A DNA stretch of 64,000 nt from an uncultured Lachnospiraceae bacterium (GCA_944381395.1 CALWKY010000041.1:79942-143941); one strand, 5' to 3'. Positions 17,300-27,922 are shown, counted from the stretch's first letter. Numbers and translations: made by a program. Notes: generated by a model from the letters alone, not told the origin.

Positions 17300-18640
17300 T
17301 TATCGGAAAAAGGGAAGTCTTCCCCTTTTACCTTTCTGGAATTGGTTCATCTGCTTCATCATTTTCTTCATATCTTCGAATTGTTTCAGCAGACGGTTTA
17401 CTTCCGCAATGCTTCTGCCGCTGCCGGCAGCAATGCGTTTCTTTCTTGGACCATTGAGAATAGAAGGGTTTGCCCGTTCCTCTTTGGTCATGGAATAAAT
17501 AATAGCTTCTACTTTTGCCATTTCCTTTGCCGGATCATTCTGTTCAAAGGCACGGTCCAGATCTTTTCCGCTGATGCCAGGAATCATTCCCATCAGGTCT
17601 TTCAGCGGTCCCATTTTTTTCACCTGCTGCATCTGAGAAAGGAAATCTTCCAGTGTAAAGTCATTGTTACGCATTTTCTTTTGCAGTTCAATGGCTTCTT
17701 TCTCATCAAAATTCTGCTGTACCTTATCAATCAGGGAGAGTACATCGCCCATACCCAAGATTCGGCTTGCCATACGGTCAGGATAGAAAGGCTCCAAGTC
17801 CTCCATTTTTTCTCCCATACCGATATATTTAATGGGTTTACCAGTCACGCTTCTGACAGAAAGAGCTGCACCGCCTCTGGCGTCGCCATCCAATTTTGTC
17901 ATAATGATGCCGTCTACACCCAACTGGCTGTCAAAACTTTCCGCTACGGTCACTGCATCCTGACCGGTCATAGCGTCTACCACCAAGAGAATTTCCTGCG
18001 GATGAACAGTCTCTTTAATCTGACGCAGTTCTTCCATCAGTTTTTCATCAATATGCAATCTACCGGCGGTATCAATTAAAATTACATCGTGCGCGTGAAT
18101 AGCAGCGTATTCCAAAGCTTTTTGGGAAATCTCCACAGGGCTTAACTGGTCTCCCATTTCAAAAACAGGGATGCCGTAGTTCTTACCCACTACCTGTAAC
18201 TGCTTAATTGCCGCGGGACGATATACGTCGCAGGCAACCAACAGAGGGCTTCTGCCAGCTTTGCGAAGCTGTCCTGCAAGCTTTCCGCTGGATGTGGTCT
18301 TACCAGCACCCTGCAGACCAACCATCATATACACCGTAGGCGGATGTTTGGAATACGTCAACTGGCTTTGGGTAGAACCCATCAACGCAATCAATTCTTC
18401 GTTAACGATCTTGATTACCTGTTGCCCAGGATTCAAGCCTTCCAAAACTTCCGTGCCAACTGCCCGCTCGGTGACTTTTTTTACAAAGTCTTTTACAATC
18501 TTGAAGTTAACATCCGCTTCTAATAAAGCGATTTTCACTTCCCGCATAGCAGCCTTTACATCGGCTTCACTGAGGCGTCCTTTGCTCTTCAGTTGTTTGA
18601 ATACCTCCTGCAATTTGCCGGAGAGGCTCTCAAATGCCAT
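17300..18640 (-). CDS. ffh: Signal recognition particle protein Ffh
   Basis: Starts at MAFESL, an ATG 8 nt after AAGGAG. G domain GLQGAGKTT, DTAGR, TKLDGD. Met-rich M domain. Confidence 0.95.
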   Translation of the reverse strand: MAFESLSGKLQEVFKQLKSKGRLSEADVKAAMREVKIALLEADVNFKIVKDFVKKVTERAVGTEVLEGLNPGQQVIKIVNEELIALMGSTQSQLTYSKHPPTVYMMVGLQGAGKTTSSGKLAGQLRKAGRSPLLVACDVYRPAAIKQLQVVGKNYGIPVFEMGDQLSPVEISQKALEYAAIHAHDVILIDTAGRLHIDEKLMEELRQIKETVHPQEILLVVDAMTGQDAVTVAESFDSQLGVDGIIMTKLDGDARGGAALSVRSVTGKPIKYIGMGEKMEDLEPFYPDRMASRILGMGDVLSLIDKVQQNFDEKEAIELQKKMRNNDFTLEDFLSQMQQVKKMGPLKDLMGMIPGISGKDLDRAFEQNDPAKEMAKVEAIIYSMTKEERANPSILNGPRKKRIAAGSGRSIAEVNRLLKQFEDMKKMMKQMNQFQKGKRGRLPFFR

Positions 18641-18652
18641 TGCAAACACTCC

Positions 18653-19003
18653 TTAAGCCAATAAACGATCGGCGATGATTTTAATACGCTCTAAACTTTC
18701 CCGTGTTTTTTCCTGCACAGGTTCTTTTAAAAGACATTCTGCAATCTCGCTGATTTCCTGCACTTCTTTTTTCTGTGCAAAAAATCTGGCAACCAGCCCT
18801 AATTTTTCTTCGTAATCCCGCAGAATCTTTTCCGTTCTGCGCAGCTGGTCCTGTACAGCCTGCCTGCTGATGGAAAACTCCTCTCCGATTTCTGTCAGGG
18901 AGTAATCTTCCTGATAGTGCATTTCATAGACCCGTTTTTGTTTTTCTGTCAAAAGCTCGCCATAAAAATCATAGAGCAGCGTCAGTTCCAAAATCGTATC
19001 CAT
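18653..19003 (-). CDS. ylxM: YlxM/UPF0122 putative DNA-binding protein
   Basis: 116 aa. Sigma-70 region-4-like HTH (SLTEIGEEFSISRQAV). Conserved position upstream of ffh. Confidence 0.85.
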   Translation of the reverse strand: MDTILELTLLYDFYGELLTEKQKRVYEMHYQEDYSLTEIGEEFSISRQAVQDQLRRTEKILRDYEEKLGLVARFFAQKKEVQEISEIAECLLKEPVQEKTRESLERIKIIADRLLA

Positions 19004-19061
19004 TCCTTTTGCACCACCTTATCGGGAATCGCAGTTTCATTCACCTGTGCTATCTTACCAG

Positions 19062-19101
19062 AAAGAAAACAGTCTGTCAAGTATTTTTCCTTGACAGACC
19101 G
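19062..19101 (-). terminator. Rho-independent terminator after ftsY
   Basis: Minus strand reads GGTCTGTCAAG-gaaaaata-CTTGACAGAC followed by TGTTTTCTTTC. Confidence 0.7.
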
Positions 19102-19124
19102 ATTTTTTTGAAATAATTGGCTTT

Positions 19125-20561
19125 TTACAGTTCAAAGAGTGCCTTTGCAAAGCTTTCCGCATCAAAAGGCTGTAAATCCTCTGCCTTTTCTCCTACACCG
19201 ATGAAACGAACAGGGATTTCCATTTCGCTCTTAATGGCTACCACAATACCGCCTTTGGCTGTACCATCCAGTTTTGTTAGTACAATGCCGGTAATTTCCG
19301 CCACTTCATTGAATAATTTTGCCTGCTGCAGCGCGTTCTGTCCGGTGGTGGCATCCAGCACCAAATAAACCTCTCTGTGTGCCTCCGGCCATTCCCGTTC
19401 TATAACCCTGGCAATTTTTTTCAGTTCTTCCATCAAATTCTTTTTGTTGTGCAGCCTGCCGGCAGTATCGCAAAGCAGGATATCTACACCAGCACTCTTT
19501 GCCGCATGGGCCGCTTCAAAAACAACGGCAGCCGGGTCTGTTTTTTCTTCTTTTTTGATGACCGGCACACCATTTCTTTCACCCCAGACTTCCAGCTGGT
19601 CAATGGCAGCGGCGCGGAAGGTATCTGCGGCGGCAAGCATCACTTTTTTTCCTTGGTTGCGATATACATGGGCTAATTTACCAATGGTAGTGGTTTTGCC
19701 TACACCATTGACACCAATGACCAGAATCACTGTAGGAGAAGGCAACATCTCAGCGGCAGCATCTTTTTTCAAAATCTCCGCGATTTCTTCCGCCAGCATT
19801 CCCTTAATGGCACTGGGATCTGTTACCCGCTCTTTCTTAACCCGGTCTCTTAGGCACTCCACAATATCCATGGATGTTTTCACGCCTAAATCCGCTAAAA
19901 TAAGCGCTTCTTCCAATTCTTCAAACAAATCCTCATCAATCTTGGTAAACCCGCCCAGAACGCTGTCAATGCTGCCAAAGATGCTTTCTCTGGTCTTATT
20001 GAGACCAGCTTTCAGTTTTGCAAAAAATCCCAACGGTTTTTCTGTTTCTTCTATCTGTGTTTCATCTGCTTGGGATTCTTGTACAACTTCTTCGGCTTCT
20101 GTGGCTTCCGAAAATTTCTCGGCTTCTTCCGCTATTTCCAGAACTTCTTCTGTTTCTCCGGATGTATCTGAAGCTTCTTCTGCCTCTCCAGTTATTTCTG
20201 TTGCCTCTTCTTCTATCTCTGCATCCAATAATTTTTCTGGAGATTCCACAGCAGTCTCTGCGCTCTGTGCAGACGCTTCTTCTACTATTTCATCCACACT
20301 GGATTCCGCCTCAATCGGCTCGATTTCCAATTGTACAGAATCTGATTTTTCTGGTTTATCCTCAGACTCCGTTTCTTCCGGTACGGTTTCTGCGATTTGT
20401 TCTACTGATTCAGAAGTTTCTGCTACAGTATTTTGTCCAGACTGGTCCTCTGCCTCCTCAGCAGACTGCTCCTTTTCTTCTTGTACCGCCTGCTCCTGAG
20501 ACTGTTCCGGCTGAACATCTTCCCCCGCAAATGTTTTCTTTATAAAATCCAAAAATCCCAC
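19125..20561 (-). CDS. ftsY: Signal recognition particle receptor FtsY with a long acidic N-terminal domain
   Basis: 478 aa with a GTG start 8 nt after GGAGG. NG domain GVNGVGKTT, DTAGR, TKLDGT. The first 175 or so residues are Glu/Ser/Thr-rich. Confidence 0.95.
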   Translation of the reverse strand: MGFLDFIKKTFAGEDVQPEQSQEQAVQEEKEQSAEEAEDQSGQNTVAETSESVEQIAETVPEETESEDKPEKSDSVQLEIEPIEAESSVDEIVEEASAQSAETAVESPEKLLDAEIEEEATEITGEAEEASDTSGETEEVLEIAEEAEKFSEATEAEEVVQESQADETQIEETEKPLGFFAKLKAGLNKTRESIFGSIDSVLGGFTKIDEDLFEELEEALILADLGVKTSMDIVECLRDRVKKERVTDPSAIKGMLAEEIAEILKKDAAAEMLPSPTVILVIGVNGVGKTTTIGKLAHVYRNQGKKVMLAAADTFRAAAIDQLEVWGERNGVPVIKKEEKTDPAAVVFEAAHAAKSAGVDILLCDTAGRLHNKKNLMEELKKIARVIEREWPEAHREVYLVLDATTGQNALQQAKLFNEVAEITGIVLTKLDGTAKGGIVVAIKSEMEIPVRFIGVGEKAEDLQPFDAESFAKALFEL

Positions 20562-20576
20562 GGATTGAACCTCCTA

Positions 20577-23500
20577 TCATTGCTCCAAAACGCTCTCCTG
20601 CTCCGCAAAGTTCACGGAAAGCAGTTTGGAAACGCCTTTTTCCTGCATTGTTACACCATACATAATATCGGCATATTCCATGGTGCCTTTTCGATGGGTA
20701 ATGACAATAAACTGTGTCTCCTTAGAAAATTTTGTCAAATATGCGGCATACCGAGTGACATTGGCATCATCCAGTGCTGCCTCGATCTCATCCAAAATAC
20801 AAAACGGAGACGGCTTCATATGTAAAATAGAAAATAAAATGGCAATGGCCGTTAATGCCCGCTCACCACCACTGAGCAGCTGCATATTCTGCAAACTTTT
20901 CCCAGGAGGCTGGGCAATGATCTCAATATCACTTTCCAGCACATGGGTAGTATCGCTTAACTTCAAATATGCCTTTCCACCGCCAAACATTTCGGAAAAC
21001 ACCCGGCTAAAGTTGTCGGAAATCACCGCAAACTGCTTTGTAAACTGATCTTCCATCTGTTCTGACAGAGTACGGATAATTTCTTCCAATTTTTCCTGCG
21101 CTGTGCGAATGTCCTCCCGCTGGGTGGTCAAAAACGTATAACGTTCCTTCACTTCCTGATACTGGCTGATGGCATTCACATTGACATCTCCCATAGCTTT
21201 GATACGGTTACGCAGCTCTTTGGCTGCTGCTTTCAGCTGACCATAGGTTTCTTCTGTGGCAATCGCATATTCCTTTGCCATTTGGTAGGTAAACTCATAC
21301 TCTTCCCACAGTTTTTCAAACAGATTATCCCGCTCCAAGGCAGTCCGTTCCTGATTCGTCTCCAGACGGTACAGTTCATTTTTCAGCTTGCCACTTTCTT
21401 CAGATGCTTCCAGTACACTGCTTTCTGCGGCAGAAACCGCGGCAGAAAGGTGATTCCGGTTTTGTGCCGCTTCCCGCAAAGATGCTTGCAGTTCTTCTTG
21501 TTTTGCCCGTAAGTCTTCTGCCTTTTGCCGCAAAACTTCTTTTTCTTCCTGTTTTGCCGCACTGCCTTCTCCGGAAGCAACCTGTTCTGCTTCCAGAGCT
21601 GTAATTTCTTCCTGTAATGTCTTATTTTCTTTTTGCAGGCGCAGTACCTGATCTTCATGGGCAAGCAGTGTTTTACCATTACCGGAAATAGAAATACGGC
21701 AATCCATAATTTTTGCAGAAAGGGCATCTTTTTCATTGCGCTCCGCCTCTAAATCAGACTGGAATTTTTCCAATTCTGCATTTGCCTGATCTACCGCCGC
21801 TTCCGCTTTGGAGATAATATCCCGCTGAGTTTGCATCTCCGCTTCTGCCATTTCCAGCTGGGATGCGATCTGGCTTTCTTCCACCGCAATCAAGCGCAGT
21901 TTTTCTTCCTGTTCCTTCACCAACGCAGCAGTACGCTCTTTCTCTTCCGCTAAATTCTGCATTTCCAGCAAATGCTTCTGCAATCCCATTTTCCGTTCTA
22001 ACAGGGTATTTTGGCTGTCTTCCAAATCCTCTCTGGTTTCAGCAAGGCGTTCTTCCAAAGTCTGCAATGCTGCTGCAATTTTTTCGCTTTGCTCCTGCAA
22101 GGTTCGAATTTCCCTGGAACGCCCAAAAATATTGGTGTTCTTTTTCGCCATAGAGCCGCCGGTCATGGAACCGCCGGGGTTCATAATATCACCTTCAGTG
22201 GTGACCATCTTGTAGGAATGGTGATACTTCTTCGCCAGCGCAACAGCCGCATCCAATCCATCTACCACTACAATTCTGCCTAAAAGGTATGTGACAATCC
22301 CCTTATAGCGCGCATCATATTCCACCAAGTCCGCCGCTGTACCAATGACCGCGCGCTCAGACAAAATGGGCTGCCTGCCTTCCAATCCACTGCCACGTAC
22401 CGCGGTCAGGGGTAAAAAGGTAGCGCGTCCCTGCTTCCGCTCTTTCAAGAAACGGATGGCAGCCTTTGCATCTTCTTCCGTCTCTGTCACAATATGCTGC
22501 AATGCACCGCCTAATGCAGCCTCAATAGCCACTTCATAGGCTTCTTCTACCTTTAAAAGCTGACCTACGGCACCGCAAATACCATGATTTTCTTTTTCTT
22601 GCCAAGACAATACCGCTTTTACACTGCCATAAAAGCCTTCGTGTTCTTTTTCCAATTCTGTCAACAGTTTCAGACGGGAATTGGTTTCAGAAAAAGCAAT
22701 CTTGCCCCGGTTTTGTTTTGCTTCCAGTGCCGCCGCCTGTTCTTGGGCTTCTTTGCAATCATTTTCCAGCCCAGCAATATCCCGTTCTAAGTAGGATTGC
22801 TGCCGTTTGGCATCCGCTTCTTGTTTTTCCACAGCTGCCAGATGGACTTTCTGCTGATCTTGTCTGCCCTGCATCAGGCTCTTTTCTTCTGCCAGCTGTT
22901 TTTTACGGTTAAGGAAACTTTGCTGCATAGCTTCCCGTTTGGAAATTTCTCCTTTTGCCTCGGTGGCACGGCGGATCTCTTCGAAAATCTCATCTTTAAA
23001 AGACTCTGCCCGTTCTCCCTTTGCATCCACCTTTTCACCCAATGCCTGATGTTTTGCTTCTAAATCCGCCAGCTTTTTCTGTTCTTCTTCCATCAGCAGA
23101 CGCACTGCATTCATCTTGCTTTTTACCACACGAAGTTCTTCCGTATTGGATGTTATTTTCTCCTGACGTTTTGTTTTCTCACCTTCCAGGCGGGAAATGG
23201 TTTTGGTCAGCGTATCGTTCTGTTCTTCTGCCAGACGGATGGCACCTTCCGTTTTTTCAATTTCCGTAGCCGCAGCAGACACTGCATCATTGAGCTGTTG
23301 GATCCGCTCTGTCTCTGCTTCGGACGCTTTTCGCAATGCCGCAGCTTCTTCCCGTTTTTGGGACGCACGGGCTAATGCCTGCTCCATCTGTTCCTGGGAA
23401 ATGCGGATTTTCATAGTGAAATCTTCCAGATTTTTTTCCAAACGATCCGCATCGGTACAAAACATGGAAATCTCCGCATGCTTCAGCTGTTCTTTACAAG

Positions 23501-24149
23501 CCAAATACTCCTTGGCAATTTTACTTTCCCTTTCCAGCGGTTCGATGCGACTTTCCAGTTCTGTAATAATATCTTCTACACGCAGCAGGTTCTGTTCTTC
23601 CCGCTCTAATTTTATCAAAGCCTCTTTTTTTCTGGTTTTAAATTTGATGATGCCGGCAGCCTCTTCAAAGATCTTTCGTCTTTCTTCGGACTTAGAGCTT
23701 AAAATCTCATCAATTCTGCCTTGACCGATAATGGAATAGCCCTCCCGTCCAATACCAGTATCCATGAACAGCTCACGGATATCCTTCAATCTGCAGGAAG
23801 TACCATTGAGATAATACTCATTTTCGCCGGAACGGTAAACCCTTCGTGTCACCTGTACTTCTGTATAATCCACTGGCAGCCTGCCGTCAGAATTATCCAG
23901 CACCATAGTAACTTCTGCAAATCCTAAAGGTTTTCTGGTCTCTGTACCAGCAAAAATCACATCCTCCATTTTATCACCGCGCAGTTCTTTGGCACGCTGT
24001 TCGCCAAGCACCCAACGGACTGCATCAGAGACATTACTCTTACCACTTCCATTGGGCCCCACTACCGCAGTGATGCCAGGATGAAATTCCAATTTTACTT
24101 TTTCGGGAAAGGATTTAAAGCCCTGTAAATCCAATCGCTTCAAAAACAT
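20577..24149 (-). CDS. smc: Chromosome segregation protein SMC
   Basis: 1190 aa. Walker A GPNGSGKSN, long coiled coils, a hinge, signature LSGGE and Walker B ILDEIEAALD. Confidence 0.95.
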   Translation of the reverse strand: MFLKRLDLQGFKSFPEKVKLEFHPGITAVVGPNGSGKSNVSDAVRWVLGEQRAKELRGDKMEDVIFAGTETRKPLGFAEVTMVLDNSDGRLPVDYTEVQVTRRVYRSGENEYYLNGTSCRLKDIRELFMDTGIGREGYSIIGQGRIDEILSSKSEERRKIFEEAAGIIKFKTRKKEALIKLEREEQNLLRVEDIITELESRIEPLERESKIAKEYLACKEQLKHAEISMFCTDADRLEKNLEDFTMKIRISQEQMEQALARASQKREEAAALRKASEAETERIQQLNDAVSAAATEIEKTEGAIRLAEEQNDTLTKTISRLEGEKTKRQEKITSNTEELRVVKSKMNAVRLLMEEEQKKLADLEAKHQALGEKVDAKGERAESFKDEIFEEIRRATEAKGEISKREAMQQSFLNRKKQLAEEKSLMQGRQDQQKVHLAAVEKQEADAKRQQSYLERDIAGLENDCKEAQEQAAALEAKQNRGKIAFSETNSRLKLLTELEKEHEGFYGSVKAVLSWQEKENHGICGAVGQLLKVEEAYEVAIEAALGGALQHIVTETEEDAKAAIRFLKERKQGRATFLPLTAVRGSGLEGRQPILSERAVIGTAADLVEYDARYKGIVTYLLGRIVVVDGLDAAVALAKKYHHSYKMVTTEGDIMNPGGSMTGGSMAKKNTNIFGRSREIRTLQEQSEKIAAALQTLEERLAETREDLEDSQNTLLERKMGLQKHLLEMQNLAEEKERTAALVKEQEEKLRLIAVEESQIASQLEMAEAEMQTQRDIISKAEAAVDQANAELEKFQSDLEAERNEKDALSAKIMDCRISISGNGKTLLAHEDQVLRLQKENKTLQEEITALEAEQVASGEGSAAKQEEKEVLRQKAEDLRAKQEELQASLREAAQNRNHLSAAVSAAESSVLEASEESGKLKNELYRLETNQERTALERDNLFEKLWEEYEFTYQMAKEYAIATEETYGQLKAAAKELRNRIKAMGDVNVNAISQYQEVKERYTFLTTQREDIRTAQEKLEEIIRTLSEQMEDQFTKQFAVISDNFSRVFSEMFGGGKAYLKLSDTTHVLESDIEIIAQPPGKSLQNMQLLSGGERALTAIAILFSILHMKPSPFCILDEIEAALDDANVTRYAAYLTKFSKETQFIVITHRKGTMEYADIMYGVTMQEKGVSKLLSVNFAEQESVLEQ

Positions 24150-24189
24150 AAAAACACCTCATAACACAAAAACCACCGGATTGTGATTC

Positions 24190-25461
24190 TTACTCCATTA
24201 CTTTTCCGCCTATGACAGTAAATGCCACGCGTCCCCATACTGTTTTTCCCGCAAAAGGAGAAAACTTAGCTTTCGATGCAAATGTCTCCGGATCAATTTC
24301 ATAGGATTGATCCAAATTCATAACTACAAAATCTGCATCCATACCTTCCGCAATACGTCCCTTTTTCTCCAGACCAAGAATCTGTGCCGGATTGCCACTC
24401 ATCAATTCCATCAGCCGTTCCATGGAAATCATGCCGCTTTTGACCAATGTGGTATAGCTTAAAGGAAATGCTGTTTCTAAAGAGGAGATACCATAAGGCG
24501 CCACATCAAATGTCTTTTCTTTATTATCCCTTCCACAAGGAGAATGACTGGAAGAAATCACATCAATGGTACCGTCTGCAATGCCCTCCAGTAATGCTTC
24601 CATGTCGGATTGTGTGCGCAAAGGCGGATTTACTTTTGCAAAGGTTGTGTATCCATCCACTGCTTCTTCTGTCAAAAGGAAATAGTGGGGTGATGTCTCA
24701 CAGGTAATATCCGCGCCTCTTTTTTTCGCTTCCCGGATCAATTCCACAGATCCACGGGTGCTGACATGGGCAATATGCAGTCTGGCACCTACTGCTTCTG
24801 CTAAGATAATATTTCTTGCCACAATAATTTCTTCCGCTTCTTTGGGCATTCCTGCGAGCCCAAGCCGCAGAGAAGTCAGACCTTCATTCATAACACCTTT
24901 TCCAGACAAATGGCGATCTTCGCAGTGGGTAATTACCGGTAAATGCAGCATTTTAGCGTACCGCAGTACATTCCGCAAAAAAGCGGCGTTTTCCACAGAC
25001 TGATCCCCATCGGATATCGCTACAATGCCAGCTGTCTGCATTTCACCCATTTCTGCCAAATGTTCTCCCTTACATTCGATGGACATACTGCCATAAGGAT
25101 AAATATGTACTTTACTTAAGGCACGGCTTTTAGAAACAATATACTCCACAACGGTTTTATTATCTACCGTAGGATTGGTATTAGGGGCGCATGTCAATGC
25201 TGTATATCCACCACGAAGGGCACTCTGGCTGACAGACGGAATATCCTCCCAATACTCATACCCAGGATCACAAATATTGCAATGCATATCGATAAACCCC
25301 GGCAGTATGGTCTGATGATTGACATCCAGTACCCGTGCGCCGCCCACCGGCAGATTTTCTCCTATTTTTTCAATGACCCCATTATCCAGCAGCAGATCAT
25401 ATTCTTTTTCCGCAGAAAATGGTGCAAAAGGCAGTTTTCCATGCTGCAACAATAATTTCAT
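24190..25461 (-). CDS. pyrC: Dihydroorotase
   Basis: 423 aa amidohydrolase (DMHCN..., HVST.., SSHSP). ATGA overlap with pyrB. Confidence 0.9.
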   Translation of the reverse strand: MKLLLQHGKLPFAPFSAEKEYDLLLDNGVIEKIGENLPVGGARVLDVNHQTILPGFIDMHCNICDPGYEYWEDIPSVSQSALRGGYTALTCAPNTNPTVDNKTVVEYIVSKSRALSKVHIYPYGSMSIECKGEHLAEMGEMQTAGIVAISDGDQSVENAAFLRNVLRYAKMLHLPVITHCEDRHLSGKGVMNEGLTSLRLGLAGMPKEAEEIIVARNIILAEAVGARLHIAHVSTRGSVELIREAKKRGADITCETSPHYFLLTEEAVDGYTTFAKVNPPLRTQSDMEALLEGIADGTIDVISSSHSPCGRDNKEKTFDVAPYGISSLETAFPLSYTTLVKSGMISMERLMELMSGNPAQILGLEKKGRIAEGMDADFVVMNLDQSYEIDPETFASKAKFSPFAGKTVWGRVAFTVIGGKVME

Positions 25462-26384
25462 AATAATCCGCCTCCTACACTGGAAAGTACATACAGCATC
25501 GCCATCCGCACCGCCACGCTGTTTGCCATCTGGTCATTGATGATGCAGCTGGAACTATTTACTACGCCCTGGGAAATCTCAATTCCCTTACGTACAGGAC
25601 CAGGATGCATGATAATCACGTCCGGTTTTGCTAAGCGGATACGTTTCTCGTCAATGCGGAAAAATTGTTTATATTCATCAAAGGAAGGCAGGTAAAGACC
25701 ATCTAGGCTCTCCGGTTCCAAACGGGTGGTAAGAATGACATCTGCCTGACGAACCGCCTCAGATGCGTCATAGAAATACTGTACGCCCAGCCGCTCTACT
25801 TCCGGCAATACCAGTGTAGGCGGACCGGAAACCCGTACTTCTGCCCCCAATTTTGTCAATCCCCAAATATCGCTTTTTGCCAGGCGGCTATGAAGAATGT
25901 CTCCAATGACTGCTACTTTCAGCCCGGCAAAAGAGCCTTTTCTTTCTTGAATGGTTAACAAGTCCAGTAAAGCCTGACCGGGATTTTCATGGTATCCGTC
26001 TCCCGCATTAATGACAGAAGCCTCTACATACTTCGCCAGTAATTTTGGCGCGCCTGCCATACCATGACGCAGAATAATGAAATCCGCACCCATTTGGTCA
26101 ATGAGCTGTCCCATATCCTGTAAGCTGGATACACTGTCTGCCTTGCTGCTGCCTGTCATATCTACTACATTAGCGCAAAGATGCTGTGCTGCCAACTCAA
26201 AAGAAAGCTTACCTCTGGCGCTGGGCTCATAAAACAATAAAATCACAGACTTTCCCTGCAAATGCGGTGCTTTTTGCTTTTTTTGCCGCAGGACATATTT
26301 CATCGTATCCGCTGCCCGCAAAAGATAGCGAATTTCCTCAGGGGATAACTCTTCTAATCCAAACAAATCTTTCTGAAATCCCAT
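25458..26384 (-). CDS. pyrB: Aspartate carbamoyltransferase catalytic subunit
   Basis: 308 aa. Motifs RHGMAG, HENPGQALLD and IMHPGP. Confidence 0.9.
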   Translation of the reverse strand: MGFQKDLFGLEELSPEEIRYLLRAADTMKYVLRQKKQKAPHLQGKSVILLFYEPSARGKLSFELAAQHLCANVVDMTGSSKADSVSSLQDMGQLIDQMGADFIILRHGMAGAPKLLAKYVEASVINAGDGYHENPGQALLDLLTIQERKGSFAGLKVAVIGDILHSRLAKSDIWGLTKLGAEVRVSGPPTLVLPEVERLGVQYFYDASEAVRQADVILTTRLEPESLDGLYLPSFDEYKQFFRIDEKRIRLAKPDVIIMHPGPVRKGIEISQGVVNSSSCIINDQMANSVAVRMAMLYVLSSVGGGLL

Positions 26385-26416
26385 TTCTTTGGAAAGCCTC
26401 CTTTCCAGATAAAATC

Positions 26417-27343
26417 TTAGTGATGCATACTGCGTAAACGTTCCAGCAGCGCAGCAAAATACGCCGGAAGCGGCGCTTCAAATTCCATATACTCTCCACT
26501 GGTCGGGTGGATAAAGCCCAAAACCATAGCATGTAAAACTTGTCCTTCTGTTTGGAACGGCTGTTTTTTGGCGCCATATACTGTATCCCCTAACAAGGGA
26601 TGTCCAATATACGCCATGTGTACACGAATCTGATGAGTTCTGCCTGTTTCCAGTTGTGCCTCAATAAGATTCAGCTGTCCAAACTTTTCCAATACACGCC
26701 AATGGGTCACTGCATGGCGGCTATGTTTTGGGGTCACTGCCATTTTTTTCCGATCTAAGGAGTTTCGCCCAATGGGAGCATCAACGGTGCCTTTCTCCTC
26801 AGAAAATCCATTCATGACAATGGCACGATACTTCCGTGTAATGCTATGGACTGCCAGCTGTTCTGCCAGCGCACGGTGTGTCTTGTCATTCTTTGCTACC
26901 ATCAGTACGCCGGAAGTATCTTTATCAATGCGATGGACAATACCAGGACGCAGTTCTCCATTAATACCGGATAAACTATCCCCACAATGATACATTAACG
27001 CATTCACCAAAGTTCCAGAAGTATGCCCTGCCGCTGGATGAACCACCATTCCCTTTGGTTTATTCACCACAATCAAGTCATCATCTTCATATAAAATATC
27101 CAACGGAATATTTTCCGGCATAATTTCCACTTCTTTATTTTCCGGTACTGTCATCTTCAAAAAATCACCAGCACGCAGTTTATAATTTGCCTTTACCGGC
27201 TTACAATCCACCTGTACCAAACCGCTGCCAATCCATTTTTGGATGGCAGAACGAGAAAAATCCTCACACGCATTTGCCAAAAATGCGTCTACCCGCTGTC
27301 CTGCTTCCTCTGTTTCTATAGTAAAAGTCATTGTTTCTTCCAT
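26417..27343 (-). CDS. rluD: RluA-family 23S rRNA pseudouridine synthase (RluD-like)
   Basis: 308 aa. S4 domain followed by HRIDKDTSGVL, with the catalytic Asp, and GRTHQIRVH. Confidence 0.9.
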   Translation of the reverse strand: MEETMTFTIETEEAGQRVDAFLANACEDFSRSAIQKWIGSGLVQVDCKPVKANYKLRAGDFLKMTVPENKEVEIMPENIPLDILYEDDDLIVVNKPKGMVVHPAAGHTSGTLVNALMYHCGDSLSGINGELRPGIVHRIDKDTSGVLMVAKNDKTHRALAEQLAVHSITRKYRAIVMNGFSEEKGTVDAPIGRNSLDRKKMAVTPKHSRHAVTHWRVLEKFGQLNLIEAQLETGRTHQIRVHMAYIGHPLLGDTVYGAKKQPFQTEGQVLHAMVLGFIHPTSGEYMEFEAPLPAYFAALLERLRSMHH

Positions 27344-27364
27344 GTCTTACTCCTACTAACTACA

Positions 27365-27826
27365 TTATGTCTCATCTTTCAGCACAAACAAAACCATGAT
27401 TGCCATCAGAATCGTTCCTACCACAACAAAAATGTCAGCCAGATTAAATACCGGCCAGTCAATAAAAGTTACCTCCAGATAATCCACTACATAACCCCGG
27501 AACAACCGGTCCAGAATATTGCTAATTGCTCCGCCTAAAATCAACAATAAGCTGATTCGCAAGGGCTTATATGCTTTCTTTTGGGGTAAACTTTTCCAAT
27601 ACCAAATTAAACCTATACAAATAACAGCTGTTACAAATAAAATAAACCACCGCTGCCCGGAAAATAATCCAAATGCCACTCCACGGTTTTCTACAAACGT
27701 AAGATCTAATACATGGGGAAAAATCGTTATATTACCTACCGGTTTTAAATATTGCAGTGCAAACACTTTTGTCAACTGATCTAATACCACCAAAACGCCT
27801 ACAAGCCCGGCTGCCCACAAGCCCAT
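27365..27826 (-). CDS. lspA: Lipoprotein signal peptidase II
   Basis: 153 aa with four TM segments. Motifs FVENRGVAFG and FNLADIFVVVG. Confidence 0.9.
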   Translation of the reverse strand: MGLWAAGLVGVLVVLDQLTKVFALQYLKPVGNITIFPHVLDLTFVENRGVAFGLFSGQRWFILFVTAVICIGLIWYWKSLPQKKAYKPLRISLLLILGGAISNILDRLFRGYVVDYLEVTFIDWPVFNLADIFVVVGTILMAIMVLFVLKDET

Positions 27827-27922
27827 GGTTGATCACCACCTTTTTATCATGACCGAAAAAAGGGCGGCAGCCACACGTCCTCTCAAAGGAATCTATGCCC
27901 TTACCGCCCTTTCCACTTTTTA

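Noticed and set aside
17342-18079. 245-aa plus-strand ORF antisense to ffh, with similar cases at 56021-56827 (antisense to pyk) and 59794-60375 (antisense to dnaE)
   Set aside because: The opposite strand carries highly conserved housekeeping genes. These translations have no motifs and no RBS.
19444-20545. 351-aa and 175-aa plus-strand ORFs antisense to ftsY
   Set aside because: These are the Ser/Phe/Leu-rich mirror image of the Glu-rich FtsY N-terminal region. They have no start context or domain and are an artefact of low-complexity coding.
21383-21736. 117-aa Lys-rich minus-strand ORF inside smc, in another frame
   Set aside because: It is an alternate frame of the SMC coiled-coil region. 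It is compositionally driven and shows no independent translation signals.
26385-26416. Possible PyrR-binding attenuator upstream of pyrB
   Set aside because: Only 32 nt separate rluD from pyrB. There is no room for the anti-antiterminator and terminator structures, and no pyrR gene is present in the window.
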